DNA of 64,000 nt from Candidatus Eiseniibacteriota bacterium (GTDB lineage: Bacteria > Eisenbacteria > RBG-16-71-46): NCBI GenBank assembly GCA_963717505.1, contig OY970342.1:2528001-2592000 (forward strand), read 5' to 3'. The position numbers were made by a program, and so were the translations under genes. Under the pieces are notes generated by a model. The model was not told the DNA's origin, made no database searches, and saw only the letters and a program-made list of their open reading frames with translations. Of the stretch, positions 31,999 through 41,591 are shown piece after piece (position 1 is the first letter of the stretch; every line of letters starts with the position of its first letter).

Positions 31999-34900
31999 AT
32001 GACCGAGCCAACCTCCGAAAAGCCCAAGTCCCGTCGGACCGCTCCCAAGAAGTTGACGACGGCGCCCATCGGACTGCGCGAGCTGCTCGATGGATCTCCG
32101 GACGCCATCTTCTGCTGCGACGTCTACGGCCGTTGGAACTGGCTGAGCGCGATGATCGAGACGTTCACGGGCAGCAAGGTCGCGGACCTGATCGGCACCT
32201 TCCCGGTGGATCAGATCCATCCGGACCATCGGTTCGGTTTCCTGCGCGCGTTCCTGCGCATGCGCGCGAGCGGCCCCGGCGACAGCGCGGACCGCCGCCT
32301 GGTGCTGCTGCGGCCCGATGGCTCGACGCGTGAGGTCTGGATGCGGGCGCGGCTGGTCGAGCGTTCGGACGGCGATCTGGCGTTCATCGGCACCATCCGC
32401 GATGCCTCGGGTGCGCCCTCGGTCGGTCCGGATCAAGCCGCGGGCACCGCGTCTTCGCCGGGCGATGCCGCGGCGGCGGGCGCGGCGGGAAAAAACCGCG
32501 AGTGGGAAGCCCGGGTCGCCGCGCTCGACGCCGACCTGGATCGCGAACGGTCGGAAGCCCGCCGCATCGGCGAAGAGCTGCGCACGGTCCGGGACGAGCT
32601 GAGCGGGCTGCGCGCGGTCCAAGACGAGGTGACCGGGCTGCGCACCCAGTTGACGATGGCCCAGGCCGGGACCGAGCAAGCCCGGACCCTGCTCGACGAC
32701 CGCACCCGCGAGATCGACGAACTCAAGCTGCGGCTGGAACGGCGCGGGGAGCCGAGCGCCGATGCCCGCGGCAAGGTCGCCGAGATCGAGAAGGCGCGCG
32801 ACCAGGAGCGGGAGCGCCGCGAGCAGCTCCAGATCGACGTCGAACGCGAGCAGCGGAAGCGCGAACGGCTCGAGCGTGAACTCGAGGCCGCCCGCAAAGG
32901 CCGGCAGGAGGCCGAAGCACTGGTCGAACGTCTGTCCACGGAACTTCAGTCCTCGCGGCGATCCACGGTCGAAACCACCCGTGATGCCGCCTCGGCTCGC
33001 GCGGAGATTGAAAAGGAGATCGCGGAACGGCGCCGCGAACTCGAGAGCTTGAAGGCGCAGGCGGAGCGGGACGTGGACGCGGCGCGGACCACCGGTCGCG
33101 ATCAGGCCCAGGAGGCCACGGCCGACGTCCGACGTCGACTCGAGCAGGCCGAGACCAAGCAGAACGAAGCGAAGCGGCGAGGCCGAGTCCGCGCGCGACG
33201 AGTTGGAGCGCGTTCGCGAGGAGCTGAATGCGGCCCAGCGCGACGCGGCGGGGGCCCGCAAACAGGCGGAAGCGACCAGCAGGAAACTGGAAGCGGCCGC
33301 CCGCCGGGGCAGCGAGTTCGGAGACTTCGTCTCGATCATGTCGCACGAGATCCGCACGCCGATGAACGGCGTGATCGGCATGGCCCACCTGCTGCTGGAT
33401 TCGGGGCTCGAGCCGCAGCATCGCTCGTGGGTCGAGATCATTCGCCACTCCGCGCATTCGCTGCTGGCACTGATCAACAACTCGCTCGACTTCTCGCGTC
33501 TGCAGAGCGGCCAGATCGATTTCGAAGACGTGGATTTCGACCTGCGCGTCACCCTGCACGAGGTCGAGAACGTGCTGTCGGCGGTCGCGCGCGAGAAGCA
33601 GCTGGAGATTCGGGCGCTGGTCCACCACGAGGTGCCGTCCCGGCTGCGCGGCGACGCCGGGCGCCTGCGCCAGGTGTTGCAGAACATGCTGAGCACCGCC
33701 CTGCGCAGCGCCGACGGCGGCGACGTGCTGCTGGTGGTCGAGCGCACCGCGGAATCCGAAGACCGCGTCACGCTGACCTTCCACATTCGCGGCGCCAACA
33801 CCGCCGGCTCCGAGACGCACATGGCCAGCGCCTTCGAGGCCTTCGTCAACGAAGATCTGAGCGCGGCCCGCAAGCTGGGCGCCGACGGCCTGGGGCTCGC
33901 CGTGGCCCGTCAGCTGGTGACGATGCTCAAGGGCGAAGTCGGCGTCGAGCGCGACGATTCGAACGGCATCACCCCGTGGTTCACGCTCGGCTTCGAAAAG
34001 CAGGCCGAGGCCCAAGCCCCCGAGGAGGCGACGCAGGTGCGCCTGCGCGGCCAACGCATTCTGGTGGTCGATCCTTCGCCGGCAGCCCGTCGCGCGACCC
34101 ATGACATGCTCACGGTGTGGGGCGCTCGGGCCGACGAAGCGGCGAATGCCGAGGAGGCGCTGGCCGAACTGGAGCGGGCGGTGGAGGCCAACGACCCCTT
34201 CCAGGTCGCGATCATCGACATGGACCTGCCGGGTGAGAACGGCGAGAAACTCGGCGCCAAGATCCACGCAGTCGAGGCTCTCGCGGCAACCCGGCTCATG
34301 CTGCTGACCGGCGTTGGCCGGCGCGGCGATGCTTCACGGGTCCAGGGTCTTGGGTTCTCGGCGTACCTGATCAAACCCATTCGCTGGACCGAGCTGCACG
34401 ACGCTTTGACCCAGGTCGTGCGCACGGATCCCAACGCGGACGCCACGCTGGTGACTCGTCACTCGATTGCCGAGCAGCGGCGCAACAGCGTTCGCATCCT
34501 GGTGGTCGACGACGATCCGGTGAATCAGCTGGTGATGGAGTCCACGCTCAAGCGGCACGGCTATACGATCGAGCGATCGAGCACCGCCGCGGCGGCCCTC
34601 GAGCGTTTCGACGAAGCGCCGCCGGACCTCGTGCTTCTCGACCTGGCGTTGCCCGACATGGATGGCTACAAGGTCGCGCAGGCAATCCGCATGCGCGAGA
34701 AGGGCGGCACCCGGACGCCGATCATCGCGGTCACCGGCAAGATGGGCCCGGGAGACCGGCAGCGCTGTCTGTCGGCCGGGATGAACGATTACATCAGCAA
34801 GCCGCTGGATCTGGGCGACCTGACCGCGTCGGTCGAGCGCTGGACCCGGGGACGCGGTGCCCGGCCCGAAGAGTGGTCGGCCCCGACTGTGCCCGAGGAA

Positions 34901-35593
34901 ATCCGCGTATTGGCCCCGATCGTGGGCAACGAGGAGCACCCCTTCGAGTTGGCCCCCGAGGACGACCTGGCGGTTCCCGGCGATCGCCGGGCCAGCGCCG
35001 AGGCGGTTCCGGTATGGCAGGGCAAGGGGCGTCAGCGCCGGCCCAAGGCTCCCGAGCCCCTGGAGGACGACATCGAGCTGACCGATCCGGCCGACGAGGT
35101 GGGTAGGGCGGCCAAGGCCGCCGCCGCCGGAGCCCCTGCGCCCCCCAAGATCGAGATCGAGCCGCCGCCGCCTCGGGCCCCGGGGGACAGCCTGGTACTC
35201 GAAAGGGCGCCCGAGCGCGCTATGGCCGGCCAGAGCGACCCTCTGATCCTCGACGTCAAGCGCCTGGACGACACCAGCATGGGGATTCCCTCATTGCGCG
35301 AAACCCTGCTCAACACCTTTGTTTCCGACCTGCGGCCGCGGATCAACCGCCTGTACGAAGCCTTCATCAACCATGCGGCCAACCGGCTCGAACACGAGGC
35401 TCATGGGCTGCGGGGGATGGCAGCGACCATCGGGGCGGTCGCCTGCACCACGGTCTTCACCGAGATCGAGCGTCAGGCTCACGACGAGCGCTGGGAGCGC
35501 ATGGAGGAGTTGATCGAACAGGCTCGCGAGGTGGCCCGGGAGTTCGAAAACCACGTCCTGAACCTCAAGGTGAAGCTGGATCGGGCCGCCTAG
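31999..35593 (+). CDS. Cytoplasmic hybrid sensor kinase PAS-coiled coil-HisKA-HATPase(degenerate)-REC-REC-HPt; +1 frameshift at ~33175
   Basis: PAS (IHPDH, RPDGSTREV), MSHEIRTPMNG, receivers AIIDMDLP and VLLDLALP, HPt EAHGLRGMAATIGA; about 1200 aa once joined. Confidence 0.87.
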
Positions 35594-35818
35594 GTTCCGC
35601 TCACCCCACCCTCTCTGAATGTGATCCGGCCCGGGTCCCCCCCCCGGGCCGAGTCGCTTCCGGTCCCGGATTCCGGGTCGATCCACGCTCCAGGACCCCC
35701 TCGAGGGACCCGCCGACCCGCATATTTGCCCTTCGGTCGGGCCCGACCCGCTGGTATCATCATCCGGCAAAGTTTCGCCAACCTCGCGCGGATCACACCC
35801 TTCAGGAGGATACCCCCC

Positions 35819-36550
35819 ATGAGGCGCACGCTTGTCGCGGCGTTGTCGGTTCTGCTCGCCGCATCAGTCGCCCACGCCGAAGGCATCAACCTGTCCTGGA
35901 ACGATTGCGGCAGCAGCGGCCTCCAGAACCTCACCTGGACCTGCGACACGAACTCGGGCGGCACGTTCTCGATGTACGCGTCCTTCATTCCTCCGACCGG
36001 AGTTGTCGAGTTCCTTGGCGTGTCTTCACAAGTCGACATCTTCACCGAGAGCGCGACGCTCCCTGATTGGTGGAAGCACGGCGGTGGACAGTGCCGGAGC
36101 ACGACGGGTCTGGCCGTGAGCTTCGACTTCACCTCGGGGCCGTTCAGCTGCAGCGACTTCTACTCCGGTCAGGCCGCCGGTGGTTTCGCCTACGACGTTG
36201 CTTATGGGACCGCCAACCGCGCGCGCTTCCGCATTCAGCTCGCGGTGCCGTTCGAGAACCGCGCCGCGATCAGCTCGGCCGAGGAGTACTACGCGTACCG
36301 GGTCAACCTCCTGCGGGCCAAGACCACCGGCACCGGCTCCTGCGTCGGCTGCGCCGTGTCGACCTGCGTCGTGCTCAACGACGTTCAGCTCTTCCAGCCG
36401 CCGGAGCAACTGTTCGATCCTCTGATCTTCAACCCCGCGGGCCGGAACTTCGCCACCTGGCAGTTGCCGGTTGGTGGCCCTCCGGGCTGCCCGTTCGCGA
36501 CGCCGACTCGCCAGGCGACGTGGGGCCAGGTCAAGAGCCTCTATCGCTAG
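35819..36550 (+). CDS. Secreted Cys-rich protein ending TPTRQATWGQVKSLYR
   Basis: AGGAGGA RBS; signal peptide ending AHA; GINLSWNDC N-terminus; several Cys. Confidence 0.85.
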   Translation: MRRTLVAALSVLLAASVAHAEGINLSWNDCGSSGLQNLTWTCDTNSGGTFSMYASFIPPTGVVEFLGVSSQVDIFTESATLPDWWKHGGGQCRSTTGLAVSFDFTSGPFSCSDFYSGQAAGGFAYDVAYGTANRARFRIQLAVPFENRAAISSAEEYYAYRVNLLRAKTTGTGSCVGCAVSTCVVLNDVQLFQPPEQLFDPLIFNPAGRNFATWQLPVGGPPGCPFATPTRQATWGQVKSLYR

Positions 36551-36571
36551 TCGATCTTCACCGCGAAATAC

Positions 36572-36600
36572 GAACGGCCACCTCGTCGAGGTGGCCGTTC
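36572..36600. terminator. Perfect hairpin between convergent genes, putative bidirectional terminator
   Basis: GAACGGCCACCTC-GTC-GAGGTGGCCGTTC. Confidence 0.65.
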
Positions 36601-36645
36601 TGCTTGGGAGCCGGGCGCGAGGCGCCGGCGAAGGACTGCGGTTCC

Positions 36646-36990
36646 CTAGACGCGCCGGCGTCCGCGACGCGTGCCGAACAGCGAGTCGACGTAGGAGCTG
36701 ACCTCGGTCTTCACGATGCTCGGCAGGATCGCCTGGATCTTGGCGCGCACCTCGCCGCGCAGCGTGCTGGCCAGGTTGGACTCGCCACGAATCCCAGCGC
36801 GCGCGGCCACGCGGCCACGCCGCCCGGCGACGCCGGACTTCTTGCGCCAGGAGTAGTAGGTCACCGGGGTCACGCCGAAGCGCTTCTTGACGTCGAGCGC
36901 GGTGAGTCCTTCGCGCGAGGCCGCCGTCAGGATGGACTGGCGCTGGGTGACCGTGTAGGTCTTGCGGGTGCGGCGGCGTGCTTTCGCCAT
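36646..36990 (-). CDS. Small basic HTH protein (IS3 OrfA-like HTH, standalone)
   Basis: GAGGAG RBS; RKTYTVTQRQSIL...DVKKRFGVTPVTYYSWRKK; no DDE gene nearby. Confidence 0.75.
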   Translation of the reverse strand: MAKARRRTRKTYTVTQRQSILTAASREGLTALDVKKRFGVTPVTYYSWRKKSGVAGRRGRVAARAGIRGESNLASTLRGEVRAKIQAILPSIVKTEVSSYVDSLFGTRRGRRRV

Positions 36991-37121
36991 GGAATGCTCC
37001 TCGAATCAGGGGTAGATGCGGTCCGCGAGCGATTCGCGTGCGGGTGCGCCCGGCTCGTACGGGGCGGGACGAACACCATGAATGCGGAAGCAATACCAAT
37101 GATCATCGCCGATCGCAACCT

Positions 37122-38081
37122 TCAGGCGACGAATACGAACTCGCGCCACTCTCGATATCCATAGTCGAGCAGGGCCCGTCGCCAAACGTCACGACGTTGA
37201 AATGCAACCAGCACCAGGACCAAGGGTGGGGCGAGGCCGGACAGGAACGCCGGCGTCGGGTCCCGAACCGTTATCGCCCGAGTTCCTGGGAACCGTGCGA
37301 GCAGGTCCTGTTGCCAACGCGCCAGACTGGCGCCGACGCCCAGAACGGTCGGCGGCCGCTGGCCCACGAAGCGTCGGGCCAACGTGTCGATCTTCAATGC
37401 CACGAAGCGTTCGCGCCGGAACCGTGGGTCCACACGGGTTGCGCTCGCCGGGTGTTGCCGCCACGCGTAGAGCGTTTCGGGGCGCTTCGCGAACCGGGCG
37501 CCGGCTTCGAGAAGTCGGATCGACAGGTCGAGGTCTTCGGCCCACGGCTGCGAGGTCCAGCCGCCGCTGCGTTCGACCCACTCGCGGCGCATCAGCGCTG
37601 TGCCGTGTACCAACGGGCTGTCGATCAACACTTCGCGCGCCATTGCTTCGTGGGTCAGCAGCGCGTTGTGCCACGCGATCCAGCGCACCATGCCGATTCC
37701 GGTCCCCGACGCGGGGAACAGACGGACTCGGCTGCCGACAACTGCGACCTCCGGGTGACGGCGCAAGTGGTCCATCTGGAGGGCGAACCGATCCGGGTGG
37801 CTCAGATCGTCGGCGTCCATGCGGGCGAGCAGGGGCCCGTTCGACGACGCCAGGGCCAGGTTGAGCGTGGCGGGAATGCCCCGCGCCTCCGATCGCACGA
37901 CCCTGAGCCGCGGCTCGCGCGCGGCGGCGCGTTCCAGCCATTCGCCACTTCCGTCGGTCGAACCGTCGTCGATCGCCACGATCTCGAAGTCGCGGAACGT
38001 CTGGCGCCGGATCGAGCCCAGGGCTCGGGAGAGGAAGGGGCGCGCATCGCGCACGGGCATCAACACCGACAAAGCAGGCAC
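37122..38081 (-). CDS. GT2-family glycosyltransferase
   Basis: LSVLMPVRD, IDDGSTDGS, ARMDADD and AEDLDL. Confidence 0.9.
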   Translation of the reverse strand: MPALSVLMPVRDARPFLSRALGSIRRQTFRDFEIVAIDDGSTDGSGEWLERAAAREPRLRVVRSEARGIPATLNLALASSNGPLLARMDADDLSHPDRFALQMDHLRRHPEVAVVGSRVRLFPASGTGIGMVRWIAWHNALLTHEAMAREVLIDSPLVHGTALMRREWVERSGGWTSQPWAEDLDLSIRLLEAGARFAKRPETLYAWRQHPASATRVDPRFRRERFVALKIDTLARRFVGQRPPTVLGVGASLARWQQDLLARFPGTRAITVRDPTPAFLSGLAPPLVLVLVAFQRRDVWRRALLDYGYREWREFVFVA

Positions 38082-38188
38082 GCCGCGACGCTAGCAAACG
38101 CCCGGCGCTCCGCCCAAGCTCGCTCCGGTTTGGCGCACCGCCACGGCCGGACCTACACTGCGCGATCCTACCGCTCGAGGGAATCGAC

Positions 38189-39052
38189 TTGGCCAACACC
38201 GCCCGACTGACCCTGCTCACCATCGCCGACGGGCTTCGCTTCCACGTCGCCGTGGGCAGCGGACAACAGATGTTGTTCGACAGCGGGCCGGGGATGCTGG
38301 CGCCCAGTCCGGTGGAGGGTCTGCTCGCCGCGATCGGTGGCTGCGGTGGCATGGACGTCCTCTCCATCCTGCGCAAGAAACGCCAGCGCGTGACCGGTTA
38401 CTCGATCGAATTGGTCGGCCAACGACGCGAGGATCATCCCCGGCGGTTCACGCACATCGACGTGGTCCACCGCATGCGCGGCCACGACCTGAGTCTCAAG
38501 GCGATCGAGGAAGCGATCCATCTCAGCGATACCAAGTACTGCTCGGTGCGCGCGTCGTTGCTTCCCGACATCACCCTCGCCAATCGCGTCGAGATCATCC
38601 CGGAGACCGGGGCGGAACCCGTTCGAACCGAGGCTCCGCCGCCGCCGGCGAGCCGCCGCGGGCTCTCGGAGTTGATCCTGCGCGTCGCCGACGTCCCGCG
38701 CTCGGTCGCGTTCTATCGGGACATCGTGGGTCTGGCGCTCGAGCGACAGGACTCGCCGGATTGGGCATGGCTGTGGTCCGGGCCCGAGGGGGCGCTGCCC
38801 CGGCTCGGGCTGACCCGCAAGCCGCTTTCGTTCGGCGCCGCCCATTGCGGCGGGCCCGCTCACTTTGCGATCGCGGTGCCACGCTCGGCGATCCCCGCCG
38901 AGAAGTCTCGCCTCGAGTCGCTCGGCGTCGTGGTCGAGGGTCCGGTGACCTTCGCCACGTGGCGGGCGGACTCGATCTACTTCGACGATCCCGACCGGCA
39001 TCGGGTCGAACTGTGCGGCTTCGAGCACTTGGAACCTCGGGAGGTCTCGTAA
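38189..39052 (+). CDS. OsmC-VOC (glyoxalase-like) fusion protein
   Basis: OsmC part PSPVE, GGCGGMDV, KYCSV; Pro linker; VOC part LRVADVPRSVAFYRD, HFAIAV, SIYFDDPDRHRVEL. Confidence 0.82.
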   Translation: MANTARLTLLTIADGLRFHVAVGSGQQMLFDSGPGMLAPSPVEGLLAAIGGCGGMDVLSILRKKRQRVTGYSIELVGQRREDHPRRFTHIDVVHRMRGHDLSLKAIEEAIHLSDTKYCSVRASLLPDITLANRVEIIPETGAEPVRTEAPPPPASRRGLSELILRVADVPRSVAFYRDIVGLALERQDSPDWAWLWSGPEGALPRLGLTRKPLSFGAAHCGGPAHFAIAVPRSAIPAEKSRLESLGVVVEGPVTFATWRADSIYFDDPDRHRVELCGFEHLEPREVS

Positions 39053-40467
39053 TGGGAAGAGCGGGTGACGCGGAGTTTCGTATCGAGCGGGATAGCATGG
39101 GCGAGATGAAGGTTCCGGCCGGCGCGCGCTACGGGCCGCAGACCCAACGGGCGGTCGAGAACTTCCCGATCTCGGGCCACCCCATGCGGCCGGAGTTCAT
39201 CCACGCGCTCGGGTTGCTCAAGCGCGTGGCGGCGCGGGTCAACGGTGCGTTGAGTCTGGTCGATGGCGGGCTGGCCGTGGCGATCGAAGAAGCGGCCGCC
39301 GAGGTCGAGGCCGGCCGGTGGGACTCTGAGTTCCCCATCGACGTGTTCCAGACCGGCAGTGGCACCAGCACGAACATGAATGCCAACGAGGTGATCGCCC
39401 AACGTGCCTCCGAGATCTCGGGCAAGAAGGTCCACCCGAACGATCACGTGAACTTCGGGCAGAGCAGCAACGATGTGATTCCGACCGTCCTGCACGTCGC
39501 CGCCGCGATTGCGATCGAACGCTCCCTGTTGCCGGCGCTCGCGCATCTGCACCAGGCGCTCGACGCCAAGGCTCGCGCGTTCGATGCCATCGTCAAGACC
39601 GGGCGGACGCACCTGATGGACGCGACCCCAATCCGACTCGGCCAGGAGTTCAGCGGCTACGCGTCGCAGATCGCGCACTCGATCGCGCGCGTCCGCGCGA
39701 CCCTGCCCGATCTCTACGAGCTGGCACAGGGCGGCACCGCGGTCGGCACCGGGCTCAACACGCACCCCGAATTCGGGCGTCGAGTCGCCGCCGAGCTGGC
39801 GAAGGAGACCGGCCTGCCGTTCCGCGAGGCCGACAACCACTTCGAGGCTCAGGGCGCCCAGGACGCCGCGGCGTGGGCGTCGGGAGCGCTCAACAGCGTG
39901 GCCGCGAGCCTGATCAAGATCGCCAACGACGTGCGCCTGATGAACAGCGGCCCGCGTTGCGGTCTGGCCGAGATCACGCTGCCGTCGGTGCAGCCGGGGT
40001 CGAGCATCATGCCCGGCAAGGTCAACCCGGTCATCTGCGAAGGAGTGATCATGGTCGGCGTCCAGGTCTCCGGCAACCACCTGGCCTGCACGATGGGCGC
40101 CCAGTGGGGACAGCTCGATCTCAACACCATGCTGCCGCTGATGGCCCACAATCTGTTGGAGAGCGTCCGGCTGCTGGCGGCCGCGAGCCGGGTGTTCGCC
40201 GACAAAGCGATCGCCGGCCTGGTCGCCAACGAGGAAACCTGCCGCGGCTACATCGAGATCTCGCCGAGCATGGCGACCGCGCTCAACCCGCTGATCGGCT
40301 ACGACGCGGCGGCCGAGATCGCGAAACGCTCGTTCAAGGAACGCCGTCCGGTGCGCGAGCTGGCGCGCGAGATGACGAAGCTGTCGCCGCGGGAGATCGA
40401 CGAGGCACTCGATCCGCACCGGCAGACCGAGCCCGGCCTGGGGCCGGGAAGCAGCGCGGGCGGTTGA
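39052..40467 (+). CDS. fumC: Fumarate hydratase class II
   Basis: RIERDSMG, FQTGSGTSTNMNANE, HPNDHVN, GRTHLMDATP and GSSIMPGKVNP. Confidence 0.93.
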   Translation: MGRAGDAEFRIERDSMGEMKVPAGARYGPQTQRAVENFPISGHPMRPEFIHALGLLKRVAARVNGALSLVDGGLAVAIEEAAAEVEAGRWDSEFPIDVFQTGSGTSTNMNANEVIAQRASEISGKKVHPNDHVNFGQSSNDVIPTVLHVAAAIAIERSLLPALAHLHQALDAKARAFDAIVKTGRTHLMDATPIRLGQEFSGYASQIAHSIARVRATLPDLYELAQGGTAVGTGLNTHPEFGRRVAAELAKETGLPFREADNHFEAQGAQDAAAWASGALNSVAASLIKIANDVRLMNSGPRCGLAEITLPSVQPGSSIMPGKVNPVICEGVIMVGVQVSGNHLACTMGAQWGQLDLNTMLPLMAHNLLESVRLLAAASRVFADKAIAGLVANEETCRGYIEISPSMATALNPLIGYDAAAEIAKRSFKERRPVRELAREMTKLSPREIDEALDPHRQTEPGLGPGSSAGG

Positions 40468-41591
40468 GCACGCTCTCCGATGATGTTCTGATCGCCCGGC
40501 TGAACGAAGCGCGCGCGCGACTGCAGGGCGTGGCGCACCGCACGCCGGTGATGACAAGTCACACGGTCGATGCGCTGGCTCGCGCCACCGTGTTCTTCAA
40601 GTGCGAGAATCTGCAGCGCATGGGCGCGTTCAAGTTTCGCGGCGCGTGGAACGCGATTTCGCGACTCGAGCCGGCCGTTCGCGCACGCGGGGTTGTCGCC
40701 TATTCCTCGGGAAACCACGCGCAGGCCGTGGCCCTGGTCGCCCGGCTGCACGGGATCCCGGCCACCATCGTCATGCCGAGTACCGCTCCCGCGGCCAAAC
40801 TCGAGGCGACCCGAGGATACGGCGCCGAGATCGCCCATTACGACCAGTCGGGGGAGGAGCGCAACGCCATGGCGGAACGCCTGGCGCGCGAGCGCGGCCT
40901 GACGTTGATCCCGCCATTCGACCACCCCGACATCCTGTGCGGCCAGGGGACGGCGGCGGCGGAGCTCTTCGAGGAAGCCGGCGCCCTCGACGCCCTGCTG
41001 GTTCCGGTGGGGGGCGGCGGGTTGATCGCAGGTTCAGCGATTGCGGCACTGCAAGCCTCGCCCGGCTGTCGCGTGATCGGCGTCGAGCCGGAGGCCGGCG
41101 ACGACGGTGTTCGGTCGTTCGCCGCCGGGAAGCTCGTATCGCATCCGGTCGGGGAAACGATCGCCGATGGCGCGCGCACGCCGTCGCTCGGTGTGCTGAC
41201 CTTCGAGGTGATCCGCCGCCACGTCTCCGACATGGTGAGCGTTCCCGATGCGGCCCTGATCGACGCCATGCGTTTGGTGTGGGAGCGCATGAAACTGGTC
41301 GTCGAACCCACGGGGGTGCTGGGGTTGGCGGCCATACTCAACGGCCGTGTCCATCTCGCGGGCAAACGGGTGGGGGTGATCCTGTCCGGCGGCAACGTGG
41401 ATCTCGAGCGCGCGACGGAGTGGTTTCAGGGTTCGTGCGGCGCCGGCGGAGCGTCCCCCCTCGCGGGCGCTGATCCTCAGTCCGGCGAGGTCCCCATTCG
41501 AGCCGCGGCGGGCTCCGGCTATTTCAGGTCCCCGAGCACTCGTTCGCCTGCGAATCGGCGGATTTCATCGAGCGGATCGCTCCCCAGGTGA
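40464..41591 (+). CDS. PLP-dependent Ser/Thr dehydratase / threo-3-hydroxyaspartate ammonia-lyase family
   Basis: KCENLQRMGAFKFRGA, SSGNHAQ, PVGGGGL and LSGGN; TTG start overlaps the fumC stop. Confidence 0.9.
   Translation: MSTLSDDVLIARLNEARARLQGVAHRTPVMTSHTVDALARATVFFKCENLQRMGAFKFRGAWNAISRLEPAVRARGVVAYSSGNHAQAVALVARLHGIPATIVMPSTAPAAKLEATRGYGAEIAHYDQSGEERNAMAERLARERGLTLIPPFDHPDILCGQGTAAAELFEEAGALDALLVPVGGGGLIAGSAIAALQASPGCRVIGVEPEAGDDGVRSFAAGKLVSHPVGETIADGARTPSLGVLTFEVIRRHVSDMVSVPDAALIDAMRLVWERMKLVVEPTGVLGLAAILNGRVHLAGKRVGVILSGGNVDLERATEWFQGSCGAGGASPLAGADPQSGEVPIRAAAGSGYFRSPSTRSPANRRISSSGSLPR

Noticed and set aside
33165-33190. Programmed frameshifting in the kinase, CHAT, nuclease or hydrolase genes
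   Set aside because: There are no slippery heptamers, and scattered single-base indels fit sequencing error better.
36646-36990. IS3-family insertion sequence
   Set aside because: No catalytic transposase, inverted repeats or target duplication were found.
41430-41591. C-terminal extension of the dehydratase overlapping the pgi 3' end by 73 nt
   Set aside because: It is low-complexity run-on sequence, probably a lost stop or tolerated overlap rather than a domain.
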